This document shows positions 57,771 to 64,000 of a stretch of DNA of 64,000 nucleotides, piece after piece. The stretch covers positions 96,585 to 160,584 of the forward strand of contig JBBTSY010000004.1 of the NCBI GenBank assembly GCA_038064515.1, written 5' to 3'. Source of the stretch: Patescibacteria group bacterium. Lineage in GTDB: Bacteria; Patescibacteriota; Minisyncoccia; 2-02-FULL-40-12; GWA2-44-9. The notes below the pieces were generated by a model that worked only from the letters and a program-made list of their open reading frames with translations, did not search any database and was not told the DNA's origin. The translations under genes and the position numbers were made by a program. The stretch's first letter is position 1, and each line of letters starts with the position of its first letter.

Positions 57771-58289
57771 TTATTGCTGCGGCGCAATTTTTATATTGAG
57801 AAGTTCCACTTCAAAAACAAGAATACTATTGGCCGGAATTGGTCCGTTCGCTCGCTCGCCATATCCTAACGCTGCTGGAATCACCAGCTTTCGCTTGCCC
57901 CCGACTTTCATTCCCGCTACCCCCAGATCCCAGCCTTGGATTACCATGCCCGTGCCCAAAATAAATTGAAAAGGTTGGTTACGATCATACGAACTGTCGA
58001 ATTTCTGGCCGTTGGTCAAAGTACCTACGTAATTCACCGTTACTAGCTCCCCTTTCTTTGCTTCCGCGCCAGTGCCCATAACTAAATCCTGCGTCTGTAA
58101 TCCGTTTTCCATGGTGATAATTTTACCGGCAGGGCTTAACGGAGGCGAAGAATTTGTCGTTGAAGAGGGGCTGGGACTTGTAAAAAGCCCCGCTCCACTA
58201 TCCACGCTTTCTCCCTTCTTCATAAGCAACCATGCCGCCGCCGCAACAAAAATTATTAATACAATAAATATGAAGATGTTTTTTGTCAT
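57771..58289 (-). CDS. FKBP-type peptidyl-prolyl cis-trans isomerase, membrane-anchored or secreted.
   Basis: …GELVTVNYVGTLTNGQKFDSSYDRNQPFQFILGTGMVIQGWDLGVAGMKVGGKRKLVIPAALGYG… is the FKBP domain signature. Confidence 0.8.
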   Translation of the reverse strand: MTKNIFIFIVLIIFVAAAAWLLMKKGESVDSGAGLFTSPSPSSTTNSSPPLSPAGKIITMENGLQTQDLVMGTGAEAKKGELVTVNYVGTLTNGQKFDSSYDRNQPFQFILGTGMVIQGWDLGVAGMKVGGKRKLVIPAALGYGERANGPIPANSILVFEVELLNIKIAPQQ

Positions 58290-58291
58290 AA

Positions 58292-59230
58292 TTATCGAGA
58301 AATTTTAGGAAATTTATCTGGATCAATAGTGCGATCGAAGCATACCCGCCCCGCATCATGGGCCCAGTTTGATTCGACGCCACCATAGGAAGCTTCTGAC
58401 ATCGGCTTCGGTTGATTCAACGACGCATCATGATTGTCCTTTTTAAATGTCGCGCAAATCTGGAATGATTTGTCGCCGAGGATGCGATATTCATAGGCCG
58501 CCTGTGTTTCTGGGTCAAGCGGAGCCTTAAACCCGCTCAATGAATCAGTGAGAGCATCAAGATTTGGGGGTAATTGCTGTTTAGCCTGCCAATATGAGAC
58601 GATCTGCCATTGAATTGATGTAAGGTCCTGAACGCGGCGTTCATCAAATCGATTCAAGCGCTGGGCCTGGGGCGATCCCGCCACAATAAACCCGCCGACA
58701 ATACCTGCCACGATCAAAGCGATAATAACCTTGGAAAAAACTTTTGTTGATCGCTGTTCTTCGCGCAGTTCATTAAGATAATAAAAGAAAACTGAACTGG
58801 CGATGAAGAAAATGCTTAATATCTTTAAAACAAATCGCAGTGTCAGCTCACCTTGCATAAAGCTATAAACCAGGGCAATCAGATCGCCGATCACCACGAT
58901 ACCCGCCACAAAAAGCGTAAGATACAGAAGCCATTTTCTGATCTTCAGCTCTCTCTTTTCGGGATTTGCCTGGATGTCTTTTTTCAAAAAGCGAGATATC
59001 CATAGAAAGACCGGAAAGACGATCACGAGTGCAGAAACGGCCCAGCGGATGACTTGGTAGTATTGGCTGGAAGAATAGTAATTATACTGATCGGTAATCG
59101 CGTCAGGAAATGCGACATTAATGAGCTGAAACAATAGCGTCCCGAAATTCACTGCCAGCATGCCCAGCGCCACAATCGAAAGAAGATACAAAAATACGTC
59201 GCGGGGTAAGTTTTTATTGAGATTTTCCAT
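58292..59230 (-). CDS. Hypothetical polytopic membrane protein with a soluble C-terminal domain. Start taken as the ATG at 59230; the ORF-track GTG at 59242 is the alternative.
   Basis: MENLNKNLPRDVFLYLLSIVALGMLAVNFG… and 4-5 TM segments. Confidence 0.45.
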   Translation of the reverse strand: MENLNKNLPRDVFLYLLSIVALGMLAVNFGTLLFQLINVAFPDAITDQYNYYSSSQYYQVIRWAVSALVIVFPVFLWISRFLKKDIQANPEKRELKIRKWLLYLTLFVAGIVVIGDLIALVYSFMQGELTLRFVLKILSIFFIASSVFFYYLNELREEQRSTKVFSKVIIALIVAGIVGGFIVAGSPQAQRLNRFDERRVQDLTSIQWQIVSYWQAKQQLPPNLDALTDSLSGFKAPLDPETQAAYEYRILGDKSFQICATFKKDNHDASLNQPKPMSEASYGGVESNWAHDAGRVCFDRTIDPDKFPKISR

Positions 59231-59373
59231 CCTTACACTCACTGACGAGATATGGCTCGCGTTCCGTAAAGCATAGTGCTGCGGAGAAGCTAGACATTAC
59301 AGATCAGTTTTAATTAGTATATACACAAATCATCGCCATCTCTAGGAATCACTCGTCTGTGAGTGTGAGGATC
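59228..59373 (-). promoter_or_regulatory. Conserved ~140-nt leader element (copy 2). Arms are 59231-59249 ccttacactcactgacgag and 59352-59370 ctcgtctgtgagtgtgagg. The proximal arm abuts the ATG.
   Basis: The outer 13 nt are identical to copy 1. The inner 6 nt differ on both arms in a compensatory way. Interior blocks (CTAGCT, ACGGAACG, GCGAGCCA) are also shared. Confidence 0.5.
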
Positions 59374-59453
59374 CATAGAAAAAGTGTATCAGATTGGGCA
59401 AAAAATTCAATTAGTTAGTTCGATAAACTTACTACAAGAATGTCCAGTTTTTA

Positions 59454-59999
59454 TCATGCCGAGCCCAGCGTCTCCTGGCCGGGTATCCATTCTACCGGGC
59501 AGAGTTCGCCCGTTTTTAGAGCCTGGACCGCGCGATATACTTCTTTTACCGATCGCCCCACGGAGTTGTCTGATACCATTGCCCAGCGTACAATCCCTTC
59601 CGGATCAATGATGAACGTGCCGCGTTGGCTGGCCCCATTCGATCCAAGAATATTATAATCGCGGGAAATCTGTTGGGTGGTGTCGGCTAAAATCGGATAT
59701 TTCACTTCGGCAAGGTCACGTTCAAACCAAGCTTTATGTGAGTGCTCGCTGTCAGTCGATCCGCCGATGATAAACGCGTCCAGTTTCTTAAAGTCTTCCT
59801 CCATTTTGGCGAATTCTCTAATTTCCGTAGGACAGATGAAGGTAAAATCGCGCGGATAGAAAAAGAGCACTACCCATTTACCTCGGTAGTCTTTCAGGCT
59901 GACATTAGTGAACTCTCCTGCCTGACCGGTAGCAGGCAGGCCTGCCTTATAGGCAAGCGTATCGATAAATTCCGGCGCTTTTTCTCCAACTTTAATCAT
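59454..59999 (-). CDS. Peroxiredoxin (AhpC/TSA family).
   Basis: KWVVLFFYPRDFTFICPTEI, the peroxidatic Cys motif. Confidence 0.8.
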   Translation of the reverse strand: MIKVGEKAPEFIDTLAYKAGLPATGQAGEFTNVSLKDYRGKWVVLFFYPRDFTFICPTEIREFAKMEEDFKKLDAFIIGGSTDSEHSHKAWFERDLAEVKYPILADTTQQISRDYNILGSNGASQRGTFIIDPEGIVRWAMVSDNSVGRSVKEVYRAVQALKTGELCPVEWIPGQETLGSA

Positions 60000-60082
60000 A
60001 ATAATAAACGTTAAGTTTACGAAATAATTCTAACACACTCGCGATGAAAAAGAGAAGAAGCTGTGCGGAGGGGGGCCTTTTC

Positions 60083-61096
60083 TTATTTGAGGTATGCTTG
60101 GGAATCTAATGAGATGCCGATGGGAATTTTTTCTACTTTAGAGATTTTCTTCTCATCAACGATAACTTTCAATGCTATCCCTTCCGTTGTTTCCACGGAA
60201 AAAGATTGATCAAAAATAAAATTGCCAAGACTGTATGCAATCCATCCATTTTTATACTTCAACACTTCCTGAATGACATGCGGATGGTGGCCAATAACAA
60301 GATCAGCTCCCGCATTGATGACGGCAGTATAGATCTGCTCCTGTGCCGCGTTATGGTGCGTCTCATATTCCGTGCCGGTGTGAAACGAAACGACTACGAT
60401 ATCGCTTTTTGCGCGTGCGACTTGAACATCCCGCACCATCGACACCTCGTCGTAAATCGCAACGCCGGGCGTGATTGCAGTAGCATTAAGCTGTCGCGAA
60501 AGAAGATCCGTATATCCTAAGAACGTGATTGAAGTGCCTTTGACCGTCATGGTAACCCCCGCATGCGCTTCCGTCGCATCGCGCCCTGCTCCTATGTAGA
60601 AAATGCCGCGGTCAGTGAGATGCATCATCGTATCCAAAAATGCCTCCCGGCCATAATCCCAAATGTGATTATTGGCGAGTGAAACAATATCAATGCCCGC
60701 ATACTTTAATCCGGCCAGCGTGCGCGGATCGGCTCGAAATGAATAAACGCTCCCGACACGAATGCCGCGGTTTGAAACCGGGTTCTCAAGATTTGCCACG
60801 GCTAGATCGGCTGACTCCAAAAAATCTTTAATGCGTAAAAATGGGTATCGCCAATCGCCCGATGCCGCGATCTTCTCTCCCACTTGCCGCGAGAGCATAA
60901 TATCGCCGACAAGTATCATGGAAATCTGATTTGATTCAGGACTTGGAGTTGGGGTCGGCATCGGCGTTGCCGCAACGTAATCAATCTTATTCGATTGGTT
61001 CCACATGATATACCCCATTCCCATGATAACAACGCCAAGCACAACTCCCGCTAAGAAGTTCTTCGGCTGAAAAACCGGATAATCCCAGGGACGCAT
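60083..61096 (-). CDS. CapA/PgsA-family metallophosphoesterase (poly-gamma-glutamate-synthesis-like), membrane-anchored.
   Basis: …MILVGDIMLSR…, …NLENP…, …GADLVIGHHPHVIQE…. Confidence 0.65.
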   Translation of the reverse strand: MRPWDYPVFQPKNFLAGVVLGVVIMGMGYIMWNQSNKIDYVAATPMPTPTPSPESNQISMILVGDIMLSRQVGEKIAASGDWRYPFLRIKDFLESADLAVANLENPVSNRGIRVGSVYSFRADPRTLAGLKYAGIDIVSLANNHIWDYGREAFLDTMMHLTDRGIFYIGAGRDATEAHAGVTMTVKGTSITFLGYTDLLSRQLNATAITPGVAIYDEVSMVRDVQVARAKSDIVVVSFHTGTEYETHHNAAQEQIYTAVINAGADLVIGHHPHVIQEVLKYKNGWIAYSLGNFIFDQSFSVETTEGIALKVIVDEKKISKVEKIPIGISLDSQAYLK

Positions 61097-61164
61097 ATTT
61101 GGGTTAGGTTATAGCCCCTTCTTTCTGGAGAAGCAGGCGCTTTTGTTCTAAAAATTAAGCTTCG

Positions 61165-61497
61165 CTAGCGTATCCCGCTACCGGGTAATACTTCTTTGTC
61201 CGGCGTTAGAAGCACCGGCCCTTCAGCGGCCAGGAGCATACCTTGGCTTTCCAAGCCCATTAACATTCGCGGTTCCAGATTTGCCACGATAACAATCTCA
61301 AGACCTACTATATCTTCGGGTTCATAGTGCGTGCCAATGCCCGCAATAACCTGCCTACTAATAAACTGGTCTGCCGCATCTTTATCTCCTGCATCAACTT
61401 GAAGTTTCAAAAGTTTCTTCGAACCCTCCACTCGCTCCGCCGTCAAGATTTTAGCCACTCGCAATTCTATTTTTTGGAAATCATTATAGGTAATCAT
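61165..61497 (-). CDS. CsaA/Trbp111-like tRNA-binding domain protein.
   Basis: FQKIELRVAKILTAERVEGSKKLLKLQVDAGD…RQVIAGIGTHYEPEDIVG…. Confidence 0.65.
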   Translation of the reverse strand: MITYNDFQKIELRVAKILTAERVEGSKKLLKLQVDAGDKDAADQFISRQVIAGIGTHYEPEDIVGLEIVIVANLEPRMLMGLESQGMLLAAEGPVLLTPDKEVLPGSGIR

Positions 61498-62038
61498 ATT
61501 TCATTGGTATTAAAACTTAGCGTCTCGGCAAACATCTTAATATGTGACGGATCACCCACTACAAGGAAAAAATTATATGAGTTGGATTTTATCCTGACCG
61601 GCTTGGGGTATCGCACAATCAACACAACTTCTTTTTTGACGCTAGTCTGATCTTTCGATGGAATAATAACACGCGCCTCCTGTTTACCGACGGTCAATGT
61701 CAGAATTTGAGGATGGATACCGTAAGGCTTCAGCTTGTGATTGGCAAGATTTTCCGTAACGGCATCAATATTGTCATTCGCAGAAATCGCATCGACGCCG
61801 AAGAATCCATTATTGCCCTCGTAGCGCCCCGCAATATTGCCGATTACACCATAGCGCGCATCCGGTTGCCATGCCGTAGGATATCGAAACGACACACCCA
61901 GCATCGGATTGGCATAAGTTGTCAGTGATTCAAAATTCAGGGCAATCCTACCGGTATACCAAAGAAACCCCGCTACCACCATGAGGGCAACCAGCAATAA
62001 TGGCAGTACGCTGAAAAATGTATTCTTATACCCTGACA
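61494..62038 (-). CDS. Hypothetical secreted or membrane-anchored protein. Start trimmed to MSGYKNTFFSVLPLLLVALMVV….
   Basis: N-terminal TM helix; no recognised domain. Confidence 0.35.
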
Positions 62039-62353
62039 TTATGGGAAGTATACCACCGAAAGTAAAAAAACGAACGGCTCCAGGGTTACTGAAGCCGGAG
62101 TGGGCCACCTAAGACGCTGACCACTGCCTGTGGCGGAGACTCGCCAGGTGATGGCCTGCCTTAAGGACTGGGATTCTGCGCCGAGATGATCGCCACGACG
62201 ATTAAGACCAATAAACCACCAGGTAATAACAGGAGTACCAGCGTTATTTTGACTGGATGCTTTTTGAACGCCTCAATAAGATTCACTTTCCTTCCTCCAG
62301 GCCCTTATTTAGGCTCTTAGTGCATCACGAGTACGATTATACCATGTCCAAGC

Positions 62354-62575
62354 TTAAAATCTCTTTAATATTCCCACCCGTTGCTCCTCGGGCCGAGGTG
62401 CCTGGGTAGGTTCCCCAAGCACTAGGCTGACTGGCCGTATAAACTGCCAGAGAATAAGGAATTCTAGGAAAATAACCACTCCGGCGGCGCCTAACATGAT
62501 TCGAACAGACAGACGATCAAGAGCCGAAACTTGTTTGGAAGAAATAAATTCAAGCTTATTGGCCAGAAAATTCAT
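62354..62575 (-). CDS. Small hypothetical membrane protein (73 aa).
   Basis: Single hydrophobic segment GAAGVVIFLEFLILWQFI. Confidence 0.3.
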   Translation of the reverse strand: MNFLANKLEFISSKQVSALDRLSVRIMLGAAGVVIFLEFLILWQFIRPVSLVLGEPTQAPRPEEQRVGILKRF

Positions 62576-62630
62576 GCCGCAGATTTTACATCAGATCATG
62601 TAATTTGTCAATAGCCATTCCTCTCCAACC

Positions 62631-62657
62631 AAAAAAGCCCCCGCCCGGGGCTTTTTG
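62631..62657. terminator. Bidirectional terminator AAAAAAGCCCC-cgccc-GGGGCTTTTTG.
   Basis: GC stem flanked by an A6 tract and a T5 tract. Confidence 0.55.
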
Positions 62658-62666
62658 CGCTTTAGT

Positions 62667-62948
62667 CTATTCCGTCACTGTCGCCTCTAATATTTTTAGC
62701 TCAAGCTCTCCTTCCTGCTCGGCCGCCTTAATCTCTTCTTCAAAAGAGTCCACATCCTGGAATCCTCGCACGGTCATACCTTTTACTAAGGCCGCCGAAT
62801 TCTCGATGTCGTCGCCAATCTGCCTGCTTTCCCACCAGAGCATGTCGCCCGCCAACAATAATACAAATATCGCAATCAGAAAAAAGATATTTTCCTGTTT
62901 TGCCATACGCTTCACTACCTTATGTTTTATTACCTCCTTATGTTTCAT
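62667..62948 (-). CDS. Small hypothetical membrane protein.
   Basis: …NIFFLIAIFVLLLAGDMLWW…. Confidence 0.3.
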   Translation of the reverse strand: MKHKEVIKHKVVKRMAKQENIFFLIAIFVLLLAGDMLWWESRQIGDDIENSAALVKGMTVRGFQDVDSFEEEIKAAEQEGELELKILEATVTE

Positions 62949-62963
62949 TACTTATAGTATACT

Positions 62964-63182
62964 TCATTCGCCCTCGACATCCAAATCTTTCTTTATCTCT
63001 TCGAACTCATTTTCAACTTTCTTGAGTTTCGCTTTCAAAGTTTTAATTAGCTCGGCGCCTTCTTTTACTCGCTTTAAGCCTTCTTCCACATCTACATCTT
63101 CCCGCGATTGAAACCAATCGACGGTTTTTTCCAACTTTCCCATAAGATTGTGAATTGTTTGTTGCTCTTTTTCTTTAGCCAT
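62964..63182 (-). CDS. xseB: Exodeoxyribonuclease VII small subunit. Start taken at MAKEKEQQ.
   Basis: 72 aa coiled-coil protein (…LEKTVDWFQSREDVDVEEGLKRVKEGAELIKTLKAKL…) immediately downstream of the xseA fragment. Confidence 0.55.
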   Translation of the reverse strand: MAKEKEQQTIHNLMGKLEKTVDWFQSREDVDVEEGLKRVKEGAELIKTLKAKLKKVENEFEEIKKDLDVEGE

Positions 63183-63183
63183 A

Positions 63184-64000
63184 TTATTCGATGTTATCAA
63201 CGGTAGCGGTAAATGCGCCGTCGGATAGCTTTGCGCGTACCCGCCCTCCCACCTTCATACTTTTGGTCCGCTTAATTACTTTCCCGGCAGTATCGGTAAG
63301 AATGCTGTAGCCAAGTTTTAAATTTCGTTCCGGACTCACGCTTTCCAAATACATCTGATGACTCTCAATTCTCTGAAATTGTTCGCTCAATAATCGCTCG
63401 TAGGCATGGGCAATCATACCTACGTCCATACACCTCTTCATTTCATCGACCACTGATTCAAAATTATCAAAAAGATCACGCTGATAATTGGGAACATTAT
63501 TTTTGAGGCGCTCCCAAGTCGCGTTAATAAGCATCGCCGCGGCAGTAGGTGTGGAAGTTGTCGCGTCGCCCACCAGACATACAATGGGCACATCACGGTC
63601 GTGACCGATACCGCAGATAGTGGGAATCTTGGAAGCAAAAACTTCTCGAACAACCAGCTCATTATTAAATGCTTGGAGATCTTCAAGAGAACCGCCGCCG
63701 CGAATAATAATCAATACATCCAAATCAGGCATATTGCGATTGAACCATTTTACCGCTGAAAGAATATTACCCACCGCCTTCGCGCCCTCAACGCGAACAT
63801 CATAGAGGTAGACCCGGTGGCCGCGTTGTTCCAAATTTTTCCGAAAATCATCGATGACTGCACCGGTGCGAGAAGTAATTACGCCGATGCGATGAATGAA
63901 CTCGGGCAACGCGCGCTTTCTCGCGAACAGTCCTTCCGACTCAAGTTTTTTCTTTAATATCTCGTAGGCTTTCTTAAGCGATCCTTCACCGACAACTTCC
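63184..64000 (-). CDS. xseA: Exodeoxyribonuclease VII large subunit, C-terminal part. The reading frame continues beyond the right edge of the window.
   Basis: …FIHRIGVITSRTGAVIDDF…LDVLIIIRGGGSLEDLQAFNNE… are XseA catalytic-domain motifs. The frame stays open upstream past 64000 (…EGSLKKAYEILKKKLESEGLFARKRALPE…). Confidence 0.7.
   Translation of the reverse strand, partial: EVVGEGSLKKAYEILKKKLESEGLFARKRALPEFIHRIGVITSRTGAVIDDFRKNLEQRGHRVYLYDVRVEGAKAVGNILSAVKWFNRNMPDLDVLIIIRGGGSLEDLQAFNNELVVREVFASKIPTICGIGHDRDVPIVCLVGDATTSTPTAAAMLINATWERLKNNVPNYQRDLFDNFESVVDEMKRCMDVGMIAHAYERLLSEQFQRIESHQMYLESVSPERNLKLGYSILTDTAGKVIKRTKSMKVGGRVRAKLSDGAFTATVDNIE

Noticed and set aside
59918-59946. CCTGCCTG…CAGGCAGG palindrome inside the peroxiredoxin CDS.
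   Set aside because: It may be a coding coincidence (it encodes …PATGQAGE…). It is kept only as a member of the repeat-family count, not as a separate element.
1-64000. Scan for a CRISPR array or rRNA genes.
   Set aside because: No regularly spaced direct repeats and no rRNA-like conserved stretches were seen. The only tandem short repeats found are operator-like or REP-like.

Overview
This 64-kb window looks like a fragment of a small, gene-dense bacterial chromosome, and its overall gene content suggests a Candidate Phyla Radiation / Patescibacteria-type organism (inference, not proven). The evidence is the short intergenic spacers, a mostly single-strand gene order, GIY-YIG mini-genes beside a tRNA, a 'four-helix-bundle' mini-gene, a lamin-tail-domain protein and giant secreted Ser/Thr/Gly-rich surface proteins.

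Layout, in order:
- 1-1020: 3' part of aspS, followed by tRNA-Lys(TTT) with an attached GIY-YIG gene and a duplicated 5' tRNA fragment.
- 1.5-4.4 kb: a TraD/VirD4/HerA-like P-loop ATPase plus a membrane partner.
- 4.4-12.7 kb: a sigma-region-4/HARE-HTH protein, secDF, a RecB-family nuclease, a small C39-like peptidase cassette inserted at the 3' end of secA between 21-bp direct repeats, and secA.
- 13-47.5 kb: a large cell-surface glycan locus. It contains a polyprenyl-phosphate sugar transferase, an O-antigen-ligase/TPR protein, two Wzx-like flippases, a NeuB-family nonulosonate synthase, a KdsC-type phosphatase, a CMP-nonulosonate synthetase, a plant-type RGP/UDP-arabinopyranose-mutase (GT75) homologue, a CgeB-like protein, about 9 GT4 glycosyltransferases and 5 SAM methyltransferases.
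- Inside that locus, a compositionally foreign GC-rich island (about 26.5-29.9 kb) carries a B12-binding radical-SAM enzyme, a second KdsC-like phosphatase and a P-loop kinase-like gene.
- 48-56.5 kb: a cluster of secreted surface proteins that share shuffled modules, including one 1126-aa giant.
- Beyond that: housekeeping genes (FKBP isomerase, peroxiredoxin, CapA-like phosphoesterase, CsaA-like tRNA-binding protein, xseB and the start of xseA).

Non-coding signals of note:
- A conserved ~140-nt element with covarying terminal inverted repeats sits immediately against the start codons of two unrelated genes.
- A REP-like CCTGCCTG...CAGGCAGG palindrome family recurs at several sites.
- An operator-like palindrome lies upstream of a TPR gene.
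- Several intrinsic terminators are visible.

No CRISPR array or rRNA gene was seen, and no tRNA other than tRNA-Lys was noticed (tRNAs were not scanned exhaustively by eye). All calls are from reading the sequence and ORF translations; no database search was possible.
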